Positions 10,508-20,587 of a stretch of DNA of 64,000 nt are shown piece by piece (position 1 is the stretch's first letter; each line of letters starts with the position of its first letter). Both the position numbers and the translations under genes were made by a program. This DNA comes from Lachnospiraceae bacterium (lineage in GTDB: Bacteria > Bacillota > Clostridia > Lachnospirales > Lachnospiraceae). The stretch spans positions 10,778 to 74,777 of the forward strand of contig SVEM01000003.1 of the NCBI GenBank assembly GCA_015057375.1, read 5' to 3'. The notes beneath the pieces were generated by a model that worked only from the letters and a program-made list of their open reading frames with translations, did not search any database and had not been told where the DNA came from.

Positions 10508-11674
10508 ATGCAGGAATACGAATGGATTGCTCCGTGTCATTTTGGTACGGAAGCGGTATGTAAAAAGGAAGTACTTGATCTTGGATATAGGATAAGCGAA
10601 GTAAGTGATGGTAAGGTGTCATTTTACGGTGATCTTTCCGCACTTGCAAGGGCAAATGTTTTCATGAGGACGACGGAGAGGATTCTTCTTAAGGTGGCAA
10701 GCTTTAAGGCGGTAACCTTTGATGAGCTTTTTGAGAACACAAAGAGCATACCGTGGGAAGAATTTATTCCAAAGAATGCAAGATTTTGGGTGGCAAAAGC
10801 GAATTCAGTTAAGAGTAAGCTTTTCAGTCCGTCGGATATTCAGTCCATTATTAAAAAGGCTATTGTTGAAAGGCTTAAGCTTAAGTATCATATGTCATGG
10901 TTTCCGGAGGACGGCGAGGATTATCCGCTCCGAGTGACTATTATGAAGGACATGGTTACTATCGGTATTGATACAACCGGAACTTCCCTTCACAAGAGAG
11001 GTTACAGAAAATGGACTGTGAAGGCTCCGATAACAGAGACACTTGCGGCATCACTTATAGGATTAACTCCGTGGCGAGCAGACAGACATCTTATTGATCC
11101 GTTTTGCGGAAGCGGAACTATTCCGATTGAGGCGGCCATGATCGGTGCAAATATTGCTCCGGGTATGAACAGGGAGTTTATTTCGGACAGATGGACTGCA
11201 TTTGACGTAAAGAAGATTTTTTATAGTGCATATGATGAGGCGCGAAGCCTTGTAAAAGATGATGTTTCGATGTCTATTCAGGCATTTGATATATCCGATG
11301 AGTGTATTAAGATGGCAAAGGCAAATGCAGAGCTTGCAGGCGTTGACAAGTATATTCATTTTCAGAGGCGTCCGGTAAGCGCACTCAGCAGTCCGAGAAA
11401 ATATGGATTTATAATCACGAACCCTCCTTACGGTGAGCGTATTGAGGACAAAAAGGATATGCCTGCTTTGTACAGGGAAATCGGAAAAGCATTTGACGGA
11501 CTTGATTCATGGTCGTACTATATAATTACAGCGTATGACCAGGCGGAGCAGTACATAGGACGCAAGGCCGATAAAAATCGTAAAATATACAATGGTATGA
11601 TGAAGACATATTATCTTCAGTACATGGGTCCGAAGCCGCCAAGAAGAACTGACAGAGAAGAAAGGGATAAATGA
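10508..11674 (+). CDS. THUMP-domain class I SAM-dependent RNA methyltransferase (RlmL/YpsC-like)
   Basis: SLHKRGYR, APITETLAA, DPFCGSGT, TNPPYGER. Confidence 0.92.
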   Translation: MQEYEWIAPCHFGTEAVCKKEVLDLGYRISEVSDGKVSFYGDLSALARANVFMRTTERILLKVASFKAVTFDELFENTKSIPWEEFIPKNARFWVAKANSVKSKLFSPSDIQSIIKKAIVERLKLKYHMSWFPEDGEDYPLRVTIMKDMVTIGIDTTGTSLHKRGYRKWTVKAPITETLAASLIGLTPWRADRHLIDPFCGSGTIPIEAAMIGANIAPGMNREFISDRWTAFDVKKIFYSAYDEARSLVKDDVSMSIQAFDISDECIKMAKANAELAGVDKYIHFQRRPVSALSSPRKYGFIITNPPYGERIEDKKDMPALYREIGKAFDGLDSWSYYIITAYDQAEQYIGRKADKNRKIYNGMMKTYYLQYMGPKPPRRTDREERDK

Positions 11675-12285
11675 TGAGAATTATATTTGCTACCGGGAAC
11701 GAAGGCAAGATGGATGAGATAAGAGCCATTATGAAAGATTTTCTTATAAAGCATGACATCGAGCTTCTTTCGTTAAAGGACGCAGGAATAGATGTTGATA
11801 TAGTTGAGGATGGAAGTACATTTGAAGAAAATGCAATAATCAAGGCAGAAGCAATTGCAAAGCTCACAGGTGACATTGTTCTTGCAGATGATTCGGGACT
11901 TGAGGTAGACTATCTTGATAAGGCACCGGGAATATATTCGGCACGTTTCCTTGGAGAAGATACGCCATACAGCATTAAGAATCAGCACATTATAGATCAG
12001 CTTGATGGTGTAGAAGAGGAAAAGAGAAGTGCGAGGTTTGTGTGTGTTATCGCATGTGCAATGCCGGATGGTGAGGTTGTTGCCGAGAGAGGAACAATTG
12101 AGGGAAGAATTGCACACAAGATAGCGGGAGTGCATGGCTTTGGATATGATCCGATATTCTACGTTCCTGAGTATGAATGCACAACAGCTGAACTTACACC
12201 TGATAAGAAAAATGAAGTGAGTCACAGAGGACGTGCTTTAGTAAAAATGATGGATAGATTGGATAGAGAGGGCAGATTATGTTAA
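11671..12285 (+). CDS. rdgB: Non-canonical purine NTP pyrophosphatase (RdgB/HAM1)
   Basis: ATGNEGK, ADDSGL, PGIYSAR, GFGYDPIF, SHRGRA. Confidence 0.95.
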   Translation: MMRIIFATGNEGKMDEIRAIMKDFLIKHDIELLSLKDAGIDVDIVEDGSTFEENAIIKAEAIAKLTGDIVLADDSGLEVDYLDKAPGIYSARFLGEDTPYSIKNQHIIDQLDGVEEEKRSARFVCVIACAMPDGEVVAERGTIEGRIAHKIAGVHGFGYDPIFYVPEYECTTAELTPDKKNEVSHRGRALVKMMDRLDREGRLC

Positions 12286-12758
12286 AGCATTATATTATTA
12301 TATTTTTTATGTCAATGGTACCGCTTATTGAGCTTAGAGGTGCAATCCCTTATTCGGTTTTTTTTGATTTGCCGTTTGCAACATCATATATCGTTTGTAT
12401 TATTGGAAATATGATTCCGGTTCCGTTTATTTTCTTTTTTGCAAGAAGAACGCTGGAATGGGGTGCAGACAAACCGGTTATAGGAAAGTTCTTTAGATTT
12501 TGTCTTGAAAAAGGACATAAGGGCGGAAAGAAGCTTGAAGCAAAAGCCGGAAAAGGACTTTTTCTCGCATTGTTGTTATTTGTAGGAATTCCGCTTCCGG
12601 GAACAGGTGCATGGACAGGTACACTTGCGGCAAGCATACTTGATATGGATTTTAAGACAAGTGTAATTGCAGTTATGCTGGGCGTGCTTTTGGCGGGTGT
12701 TATCATGGCGCTTGCAGCATCGGGACTTCTCGGAGGACTTGGAGCTGTACTTAGCTAA
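12279..12758 (+). CDS. Small multidrug export family protein (COG2426)
   Basis: SMVPLIELRGAIP, FVGIPLPGTGAWTG. Confidence 0.88.
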   Translation: MLKHYIIIFFMSMVPLIELRGAIPYSVFFDLPFATSYIVCIIGNMIPVPFIFFFARRTLEWGADKPVIGKFFRFCLEKGHKGGKKLEAKAGKGLFLALLLFVGIPLPGTGAWTGTLAASILDMDFKTSVIAVMLGVLLAGVIMALAASGLLGGLGAVLS

Positions 12759-12792
12759 ATGATTTTGCTCTGTTATATTTATTGAAAGGAGT

Positions 12793-13944
12793 TTGTACGT
12801 GGAGGAAAAGAAAAGCCGGTTATATTTAAAGATACTTGCAAATCATCTTGTTTTTATAGCAATTGCCTTGCTTTGTATTTTCGTGATTCCGAAAGTGCTT
12901 GTATTCTTCTGGCCTTTTATAGTGGGCTGGATAATTGCACTTATTGCTAATCCTCTTGTGCGCCTTCTTGAGAAAAAAGTAAAGATTGTAAGAAAGCATG
13001 GAACGGCCATAGTAATCGTTCTTGTTTTGGCAGCAGTTATATCTCTGATGTATCTGATATTGTACATGCTTATTAAACAGGGAATAGAATTTGTTGGGGA
13101 TTTTCCTAAGTTGTATGAGCAGGCGGCTGCGTCTGTTCAGGAATTTATTAATTCGTTGAGTGGTAAATTGCCGTTTTGGTCTGAAAAATCCAATGGTATT
13201 ACTGAGACAATCGGAAGTAGTATAGATAAGTTTATTGACGGTATTATTAAACGTTTCAGTGAAAGCAGCGAAATGATAAACAGCGCAAGCAATATCGTTA
13301 AGAGTGTTGTCGATGGTCTTATCTTAACGGTTATTACAATACTCGTAAGTTATTTTCTTACTTCAGAGCATGATAATATTGTTAAACGTGCAAAAAATAT
13401 GATTCCGCTCAGCATAAAGAACGGTTATAAGTTTGTAATGGGCCAGGTAATGTCTGCATTAATCGGATATTTCAAAGCTCAGTTCAAGATAATGTGCTGT
13501 GCATTTGTAATTCTTTCAATCGGTCTTTTGCTTCTTGGCGTTGATTATGCTATTTTATTTGCGCTTATTATAGCTGTCGTAGATTTCCTGCCTGTATTGG
13601 GAGCGGGAGCTATCATCTGGCCATGGTGCGCATATGAGCTTATTGTAGGAAATTATCTGAACGCGGTTGTGCTTTTGATATTGTATGTGTTGTGTCAGGC
13701 TTTGAGACAGTTCTTACAGCCTAAAATGGTTGCAGACAGTGTAGGTCTTACTCCACTTGAAACTATATTCTATATGTTTGTGGGATACAGAATATGGGGG
13801 ATTATCGGTATGATAATCGGAATTCCTATCGGAATGATTATTTCGAGCTTATATAAGTCCGGAGTATTTAACGGATTAATTGAAGGAGCAAAGATAATGG
13901 CCGGCGATTTCAATGAATGGAGAAAATTTGAAAAAAAGGGTTGA
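12793..13944 (+). CDS. ytvI: Sporulation integral membrane protein YtvI (AI-2E family)
   Basis: PFIVGWIIA..ANPLV, DFLPVLG, RQFLQPK, GLTPL. Confidence 0.85.
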   Translation: MYVEEKKSRLYLKILANHLVFIAIALLCIFVIPKVLVFFWPFIVGWIIALIANPLVRLLEKKVKIVRKHGTAIVIVLVLAAVISLMYLILYMLIKQGIEFVGDFPKLYEQAAASVQEFINSLSGKLPFWSEKSNGITETIGSSIDKFIDGIIKRFSESSEMINSASNIVKSVVDGLILTVITILVSYFLTSEHDNIVKRAKNMIPLSIKNGYKFVMGQVMSALIGYFKAQFKIMCCAFVILSIGLLLLGVDYAILFALIIAVVDFLPVLGAGAIIWPWCAYELIVGNYLNAVVLLILYVLCQALRQFLQPKMVADSVGLTPLETIFYMFVGYRIWGIIGMIIGIPIGMIISSLYKSGVFNGLIEGAKIMAGDFNEWRKFEKKG

Positions 13945-13970
13945 CAAACAGGGGACAAGTTATATATAAT
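13941..13970 (+). promoter_or_regulatory. Sigma-A promoter for tRNA pair
   Basis: TTGACA-N18-TATAAT just upstream of tRNA-Val. Confidence 0.75.
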
Positions 13971-13993
13971 AATCAAGCAGTTTGAAATTGCAT

Positions 13994-14066
13994 GGGATCT
14001 TAGCTCAGCTGGGAGAGCATCTGCCTTACAAGCAGAGGGTCACAGGTTCGAGCCCTGTAGGTCCCA
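13994..14066 (+). tRNA. tRNA-Val(TAC)
   Basis: Acceptor GGGATCT/AGGTCCC; anticodon arm TCTGC-CTTACAA-GCAGA; GGTTCGA T-loop; CCA not encoded. Confidence 0.97.
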
Positions 14067-14107
14067 TTTATAACGTCTTTTGAGATTATCTTAAAGGACG
14101 TTCATAT

Positions 14108-14181
14108 GGCGAGGTAGCTCAGTTGGCTAGAGCACGCGGTTCATACCCGCGGTGTCGGGGGTTCAAATCCCTTCCTCGCTA
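14108..14181 (+). tRNA. tRNA-Met(CAT), elongator type
   Basis: Acceptor GGCGAGG/CCTCGCT; anticodon arm CGCGG-TTCATAC-CCGCG; lacks the initiator GGG/CCC pairs. Confidence 0.93.
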
Positions 14182-14186
14182 TTTAG

Positions 14187-14215
14187 AAAGTGTCGAGATG
14201 CTCGGCACTTTTTTT
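14187..14215 (+). terminator. Intrinsic terminator after tRNAs
   Basis: AAAGTGTCGAG-ATG-CTCGGCACTTT + T run. Confidence 0.85.
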
Positions 14216-14264
14216 ATGTGTTTTAAGGCTTAGGTGCAAATAATAGACAAATAAAAGGTGTTAA

Positions 14265-14475
14265 AGGTGCAAAAAACTTTTTGACTATTCGCTTTCACAC
14301 CAGCCTTTACATGAAAGTATCTATACAGAAAAAACTTCTATTTTGAACTCCATTTTTTGAAGATTTTTCATGGGATTTTGCTTGAAAAGTATCTATAGCG
14401 AAGAAATTACAAAAATGACCCCCATTTTCAATAAAAAATGGGGGTCGAATTTCAACATTTTTTCATATAGATACT
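14265..14475. repeat. Array of 38-bp bipartite units (AGTATCTATA-N19-GAMCYCCAT), no adjacent cognate gene
   Basis: Direct units 14316-14353 and 14388-14425; inverted unit 14438-14475; possible divergent unit 14265-14302. Confidence 0.75.
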
Positions 14476-14567
14476 CGCTGTCCGTCGCAGCCCGTCGTCT
14501 ACCGCCGCAGCCCACACACCACGTTCCACCTTAATTAACACGAAATCTGGACGTCATCTGGACCATA

Positions 14568-15764
14568 CTACATCATTTCCTTTATCTTATCAAGAAGCTT
14601 CATTGCCGCTTCTTCTTTGCTCATCATATCAAGCTCTGTTTCAGAATCCTTTGTGATAAGTGTAAGCACATTTGTATCAGTTCCAAAACCTGCACCTTCG
14701 GTACGAAGGTTGTTTGCGGCTATGATGTCTGCATTTTTTGATGCAAGTTTCTTGCGTGAGTTCTCAAGCATATTTTCTGTTTCCATTGAGAAACCGCATA
14801 TTATCTGGCCCGGCTTTTTCTTTTCGCCGAGTGCTTTTAATATATCTTTTGTTCTTACAAGAGAAAGAGAAGAATCATTAAATGAATTCTCTTTTTTAAT
14901 CTTTTCGGTAGCAGTATAAGCCGGTGTGTAGTCTGCAACTGCCGCTGACTTAATAATTACATCCTGCGCATCTGAACGCTCCGTAACAGCAACATACATA
15001 TCATCTGCAGAATTTATATTTACAACGTCGCAGAACATCGGCGGTGTAAGTGAAACAGGTCCTGTCACAAGTGTCACATTTGCCCCGCGAAGCATTGCCA
15101 TTCTTGCGATTGCATAACCCATCTTGCCTGTAGAGTGGTTGGTTATGAATCTGACAGGATCGATGGCTTCCCTTGTTGGTCCGGCTGTTACAAGTACATT
15201 CTTGCCGGCAAGGTCGTGTTTGCATGCAACCTCTTTAAGAATGTATTCAACCAAAACATCCTCTGACGGAAGTTTTCCTGCTCCGATATCACGACACGCA
15301 AGCATACCGCTTGCAGGCTCAATAATAGTCATGCCGTAGGATTTAAGCTTTGCTATATTGTCCTGCACAATAGGATTTTCAAGCATTGCGGTATTCATTG
15401 CCGGAGATACGATGATCGGGCAACGTGCCGCAAGAAGAGTAGTTGAAAGCATATCGTCAGCTATACCGCATGCCATTTTACCTATGATGTTTGCTGAGGC
15501 AGGAGCCACAAGAAATACATCGGCTTTTTTTGCAATAGACACATGACCGACTTCAAACTGGAAGTTGCGGTCAAATGTATCGATTAAACATTTGTGGCCG
15601 GTAAGTGTCTCAAATGTTATTGGATTAATGAAGTTTGTAGCATTTTTTGTCATTATGACATGTACGTCGGCGTGAAGCTTCATAAGCATGCTTGCAACAT
15701 TTGCCATTTTGTAAGCTGCGATACTTCCTGTTACGCCAAGTACAATTGTTTTGTCTTTAAGCAT
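14568..15764 (-). CDS. coaBC: Bifunctional phosphopantothenoylcysteine decarboxylase/synthase
   Basis: GVTGSIAAYK, PAMN, TAGPTREAIDPVRFITNHSTGKMG, AAVADY. Confidence 0.96.
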   Translation of the reverse strand: MLKDKTIVLGVTGSIAAYKMANVASMLMKLHADVHVIMTKNATNFINPITFETLTGHKCLIDTFDRNFQFEVGHVSIAKKADVFLVAPASANIIGKMACGIADDMLSTTLLAARCPIIVSPAMNTAMLENPIVQDNIAKLKSYGMTIIEPASGMLACRDIGAGKLPSEDVLVEYILKEVACKHDLAGKNVLVTAGPTREAIDPVRFITNHSTGKMGYAIARMAMLRGANVTLVTGPVSLTPPMFCDVVNINSADDMYVAVTERSDAQDVIIKSAAVADYTPAYTATEKIKKENSFNDSSLSLVRTKDILKALGEKKKPGQIICGFSMETENMLENSRKKLASKNADIIAANNLRTEGAGFGTDTNVLTLITKDSETELDMMSKEEAAMKLLDKIKEMM

Positions 15765-15778
15765 AAATGACCTCCGTA

Positions 15779-16162
15779 TTAGGACAGCTGACCGTGCTTC
15801 TCGTAGTTTGCACAGCGTACAATTTTGTTATCATCATCTACAAATACAACTGATGGCTTGTGATCTTTAGCTTCCTCAGGGGTGAGAGTACAGTAGCTCA
15901 TTATGATTACATGGTCGCCAACAAGAACCTGGCGGGCAGCCGCACCATTTAAGCAGATCATACCTGAATTTGGCTCGCCGGCAATTGTATATGTTTCAAA
16001 ACGGTTTCCGTTTTCGATATCCACAACCTGAACGTACTCGTACTCAAGAATTCCGCATGCCTCCATAAGAACCGGGTCAACGGTTATACTTCCAACATAA
16101 TCAAGCTCAGCCTGTTTTACTACAGCTCTGTGTATTTTTCCTTTTAACATCGTTATATTCAT
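15779..16162 (-). CDS. panD: Aspartate 1-decarboxylase
   Basis: [13 protein letters not shown] cleavage site, NGAAAR. Confidence 0.97.
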   Translation of the reverse strand: MNITMLKGKIHRAVVKQAELDYVGSITVDPVLMEACGILEYEYVQVVDIENGNRFETYTIAGEPNSGMICLNGAAARQVLVGDHVIIMSYCTLTPEEAKDHKPSVVFVDDDNKIVRCANYEKHGQLS

Positions 16163-16165
16163 AAG

Positions 16166-17014
16166 TTAGTCCTCCAATACGATGAAGTTATCTATAAGTC
16201 TTGTTTTTCCAACAAATACAGCCATTGCGCAAAGTACGTCGCCGCTTACTGTATCTATATTTTTCATGGTGTTCATGTCGACCATCTCAACATAGTCAAT
16301 TCTTGCAAGAGGTTCTGCATTTATAATATCTTTCATTGCTGTAAGAATTGTGCATGCATCTTTCTCACCTGCAGCAACCATTTCTTTTCCGCAGTTAACG
16401 GCCTTTGATAAAACGAGTGCCGCCTGTCTTTCCTCAGCATTAAGGTAAGTGTTTCGTGAACTCTTTGCAAGACCGTCGCTTTCACGTACGATAGGGCAGC
16501 CTTTGATTGTTATATCAAAATTAAGGTCTTTTACCATGCGCTTGATAATTGCAAGCTGCTGTGCATCCTTTTCTCCGAAATAAGCATTGTCAGCAGGAAT
16601 TATGTTAAAGAGCTTGCTTACTACAGTACATACTCCCTGAAAATGAATTGGTCTGCTCTTTCCGCAAAGTGCATCGGTAAGGCCTGTCATGTTAACAAAT
16701 GAAGAGAAGTTTTCAGGATACATTTCAGATGCTTCCGGGTGGAAGATGATGTCAGCGCCTGCCTCCTCACACATCTTTGCATCCATTTCAAGATCGCGGG
16801 GATAAGCTTCAAAGTCTTCATTTGGTCCAAACTGTGTAGGATTGACAAATATACTTACAACAACATGGTCATTTTCTTCAACTGCACGTTTGATAAGACT
16901 TATATGTCCTTCGTGTAAAAATCCCATTGTAGGAACAAGTCCGACTGTTTTACCCTCTTTTTTCCAAGCCTTAACAGCGCTTCTTACTTCATTTACTGTT
17001 GATAATATTTTCAT
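16166..17014 (-). CDS. panC: Pantoate-beta-alanine ligase
   Basis: VPTMGFLHEGH, FVNPTQF, FGEKDAQQ, GLAKSSRN, RLIDN. Confidence 0.97.
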   Translation of the reverse strand: MKILSTVNEVRSAVKAWKKEGKTVGLVPTMGFLHEGHISLIKRAVEENDHVVVSIFVNPTQFGPNEDFEAYPRDLEMDAKMCEEAGADIIFHPEASEMYPENFSSFVNMTGLTDALCGKSRPIHFQGVCTVVSKLFNIIPADNAYFGEKDAQQLAIIKRMVKDLNFDITIKGCPIVRESDGLAKSSRNTYLNAEERQAALVLSKAVNCGKEMVAAGEKDACTILTAMKDIINAEPLARIDYVEMVDMNTMKNIDTVSGDVLCAMAVFVGKTRLIDNFIVLED

Positions 17015-17036
17015 TACAAAATCCTCCCCGGTACTT

Positions 17037-17864
17037 TTAGTACAATCTCTCTAAAACGTCATCATCTATTGTATAAGTGCGTGATTCATCAGGAAATGCG
17101 CCGCTTCCTACTTCATTTTTATAGTCAGCAAATGCTTGTTTCATGATGTTGCCTACATTTGCAAACTGTTTAACAAATTTTGGAACGAAGTCTGAGAACA
17201 TGCCGAGCATATCCTGATATACAAGAACCTGTCCGTCACAGCCGTTTCCTGCACCAATTCCGATTGTAGGAATAGAAAGTTTTTCTGTGATAAGTGCGGC
17301 AAGTTTTGCAGGAACACATTCAAGTACTACTGCAAATGCTCCGGCTTCCTGTACAAGAAGAGCATCTTCTATAAGTTTTTTTGCAGCTTCTTCACTCTTT
17401 CCCTGAATCTTGTGTCCGCCGAGTGTGTTGATTGACTGAGGAGTAAGTCCGAGATGAGCGCATACCGGTATGCCACATTCTGTTATTGCTTTTATACGGT
17501 CACACATTTCGCGTCCGCCCTCAAGTTTAACTGCGCCGCCGCGTCCTTCCTTCATAAGTCTTCCGGCATTTACGACTGCATCGTATACGGAAGTCTGATA
17601 TGACATAAATGGCATATCGATTATAACGAGTGCATTTTTCGCACCTCTTGCAACTGCTGCACCGTGATGAATCATATCTTCTACGGTAACTGATAAAGTG
17701 TCTTCATAGCCGAGCATAACATTGCCGAGTGAATCTCCGACAAGGATGCTGTTTATCCCTGCTGAGTCAATGAGCTTTGCCATTGAATAATCATACGCGG
17801 TAAGCATTGTAAGCTTTTCGCCGTTTTCCTTTGCCTGCTTAAAAGTTAATACTGTGTTCTTCAT
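17037..17864 (-). CDS. panB: 3-methyl-2-oxobutanoate hydroxymethyltransferase
   Basis: LTAYDY, LVGDSLG, VKLEGG, HLGLTPQ, IGIGAG. Confidence 0.97.
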   Translation of the reverse strand: MKNTVLTFKQAKENGEKLTMLTAYDYSMAKLIDSAGINSILVGDSLGNVMLGYEDTLSVTVEDMIHHGAAVARGAKNALVIIDMPFMSYQTSVYDAVVNAGRLMKEGRGGAVKLEGGREMCDRIKAITECGIPVCAHLGLTPQSINTLGGHKIQGKSEEAAKKLIEDALLVQEAGAFAVVLECVPAKLAALITEKLSIPTIGIGAGNGCDGQVLVYQDMLGMFSDFVPKFVKQFANVGNIMKQAFADYKNEVGSGAFPDESRTYTIDDDVLERLY

Positions 17865-18742
17865 GATAAATCCTCCTTGTCACTAAGACTCAATATGTCA
17901 TTTAATGCCGTATAATCCCTGTCAGGATTTTTTTGTCCGGCTATATTAATAAGTTCCTTTGATAAAAGTCTGTATATCATCTCGTCATCGCCGTCTAAAA
18001 CATTAAGATGCTTTTTAATAGTAGAAACGTCTCCGCGTTCGCAAGGTCCGGTAAGTGCATCTTTTGCACCACGGTTTGCTATAGCACTGCTGTTTCCGTA
18101 AAACAAAGATGATAAAGCTGCCTGTGCATCATTTTCCTCAAAACCGCAACCACGCAAAATTCCGCAAGCCTTTTCATAAAGACCGCATACAAGATTACTT
18201 GCAAATACCGCTGCCGCATGGTAACGCACTTTATCCTGAGAAGAAATGGCGGTTATACTGTTTCCGAGAGAGCTTATGAAATCCATCAAATCCTTTAGAT
18301 GTTTCTCATGCCCTTCAATAGTAAAATAGACCTTATCAAATTCTTTATAACTGTTTTCCTTACTGCTTATTGCATATAGTGGATGGAGTGAATAACCGAA
18401 AGCCCCGCAGGCATCCTGGTTTTGAAATACTGATGAAGATAGCGCACCGCTTGTATGACATATGATTTTGCCCGAAATGTCATGACATGACAACTCGCTC
18501 CAGACATTCCCAATCTCTGAGTCTGAAACGGTTATAAATATAGTATTGCATTCGTTAACTAGACTTCTGATATTGCTGTAGTGTACAGTGTCGGTAAATG
18601 AAGCGGCCCACATGGCTGACTCTTCTGTACGGCTGTAGTAGCCTTTAACCGTTGCACCCTTTGTAACAAAATACTTTCCGAGTGAACAGCCTGCCCTGCC
18701 GGCTCCGATAAATCCAATCTGTAAAGTGTTCTCATAAGTCAC
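17861..18742 (-). CDS. Rossmann-like + DUF2520 protein (PanG-like ketopantoate reductase candidate)
   Basis: [35 protein letters not shown]; first gene of pan operon; GTG start. Confidence 0.85.
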   Translation of the reverse strand: MTYENTLQIGFIGAGRAGCSLGKYFVTKGATVKGYYSRTEESAMWAASFTDTVHYSNIRSLVNECNTIFITVSDSEIGNVWSELSCHDISGKIICHTSGALSSSVFQNQDACGAFGYSLHPLYAISSKENSYKEFDKVYFTIEGHEKHLKDLMDFISSLGNSITAISSQDKVRYHAAAVFASNLVCGLYEKACGILRGCGFEENDAQAALSSLFYGNSSAIANRGAKDALTGPCERGDVSTIKKHLNVLDGDDEMIYRLLSKELINIAGQKNPDRDYTALNDILSLSDKEDLS

Positions 18743-18923
18743 GTTACCACCTTCCTTTCTATGGAAGGCAAAATATATTCATAAAAGGTACGGCTTCGTC
18801 AGAATACCATCCACGCTTAATATAGCACCATATCTTTAATCTGTAAAGAAAAAAACATTTGACATTTTACGGTGCAGTCTTTAGTATCACAAGTAACGGA
18901 ATAATTTATGGCGGGGTTATCTA

Positions 18924-19874
18924 ATGAAGATAAAGTCTGTATTATATATTTGTACACTTTTTATATTCATAATGTTTGCCGGCTGTGTGGGGCAGGAGCG
19001 CGATATGTCCGGTGACGGAAGCCTTCGCATAGTCACAACGATATATGCACCTTATGATTTTGTGAAGCAGATCGCAGGAGATAAGGTGTCTGTCCGTATG
19101 CTTCTTTCTCCGGGCGAAGAGAGCCATTCATTTGATCCGTCTCCGAAAGACCTTATTGATATTAATGAATGCGATCTTTTTATATATAATGGCGGTGAAA
19201 ATGATGAGTGGGTTAACGATATACTTGAGTCAATGGATGATGTTAATACGCTTAAAATGATGGATTGTATAGATACATTATATAAAGAAGAACATGAGCA
19301 TGGCGAACACGGACATGAGGGACATACGCATGAACATTCTGATGAAGAATATGATGAACATGTGTGGACATCTCCGATAAATGCCACAGCTATTGTAAAA
19401 AGCATAACAGAAGAACTGTGTGTGCTTGATGAAAACAATGCAGCAGTATATACTGAAAATGGACAGGCTTATACAGAAAGACTTTATGAGCTTGATGAGA
19501 TGATAAATGAGGTTGTGTCTGAAGCATCAGGCAGGACGATAACATTTGGCGACAGATTTGCACTGAGATATTTTACAGAGCAGTACGGCCTGTCATATCA
19601 TGCGGCTTTTCCGGGATGCGCGGCAGATAATGAAGTTAATCCGCGTACGATTGCTTCGCTTATTGATACCGTAAAAAAAGAAAATATCGGTGTTATTTTG
19701 AAGGCAGAGCTTGGCAATGGGCTCGTTGCAGAGTCGATTGCAAGAGAAACGGGGGCAAAGGTGGAAACATTTTATTCCTGTCATAACGTTTCAAAAGAAG
19801 AGTATGACAGGGGATTTGGATATATAGATATGATGGAGCACAATGCAGCAGTATTAAGGGAGGCACTTAACTGA
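18924..19874 (+). CDS. Zn/Mn ABC transporter substrate-binding lipoprotein (ZnuA/AdcA-like)
   Basis: Lipobox FAGC; ESHSFDP; His-rich loop; DEHVWTSP. Confidence 0.92.
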   Translation: MKIKSVLYICTLFIFIMFAGCVGQERDMSGDGSLRIVTTIYAPYDFVKQIAGDKVSVRMLLSPGEESHSFDPSPKDLIDINECDLFIYNGGENDEWVNDILESMDDVNTLKMMDCIDTLYKEEHEHGEHGHEGHTHEHSDEEYDEHVWTSPINATAIVKSITEELCVLDENNAAVYTENGQAYTERLYELDEMINEVVSEASGRTITFGDRFALRYFTEQYGLSYHAAFPGCAADNEVNPRTIASLIDTVKKENIGVILKAELGNGLVAESIARETGAKVETFYSCHNVSKEEYDRGFGYIDMMEHNAAVLREALN

Positions 19875-20587
19875 TGGCAATACTTGAATGTGTAGAAGCA
19901 TCATTTGGTTATGATGCAAATATAGTTCTTTCAGATGTGGATTTTTCGCTTTGTGGCGGAGAGTATTTGTGCATTCTCGGAGAAAACGGAGCCGGTAAGA
20001 GTACACTTATCAAAGGGATACTCGGACTTATTGCGCCTGCAAAAGGAAAGGTGCTTTTCGGGGAAGGACTTAAGTCGCACGAAATAGGATATATGCCTCA
20101 GCAGATGATGATAAACAGCAATTTCCCGGCAAGTGTACTTGAAGTTGTGCTTTCAGGAAGAATTAACAGTATGGGTGCAAGACCTTTCTATAACAGTGCT
20201 GATAAAAAAGATGCTCTTGAAAAACTTGAGCTTATGGGAATGAAGGGCTATGAAAAAAGAAGTTACAGGGATTTGTCCGGCGGACAGAAGCAGAGAGTGC
20301 TTCTTGCAAGAGCAATGTGTGCCGCAAAGAAACTTATTCTTCTTGATGAGCCGGTAAGCGGACTTGATCCTGCCGCAACTGCGGAGCTTTATGATATAAT
20401 TAAAAAGATTAACAGCGAATATAAGATGACTGTAATTATGGTATCGCATGACACAAAAGCTGCAGTTTCCTATGCAAGTCATATACTTCATTTGTCACAT
20501 ACCCAGCTTTTTTACGGAACAAAGGATGAATACGTGTCAAGCAGAGTCGGACTTGAGTATTTGAAGGGAGCAGATATCGGATGTTGA
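19874..20587 (+). CDS. Metal ABC transporter ATP-binding protein (ZnuC-like)
   Basis: GENGAGKS, IGYMPQ, LSGGQKQR, LDEP. Confidence 0.92.
   Translation: MAILECVEASFGYDANIVLSDVDFSLCGGEYLCILGENGAGKSTLIKGILGLIAPAKGKVLFGEGLKSHEIGYMPQQMMINSNFPASVLEVVLSGRINSMGARPFYNSADKKDALEKLELMGMKGYEKRSYRDLSGGQKQRVLLARAMCAAKKLILLDEPVSGLDPAATAELYDIIKKINSEYKMTVIMVSHDTKAAVSYASHILHLSHTQLFYGTKDEYVSSRVGLEYLKGADIGC

Noticed and set aside
13994-14567. Integrative element at tRNA-Val/Met
   Set aside because: No integrase and no duplicated tRNA 3' end seen in the window
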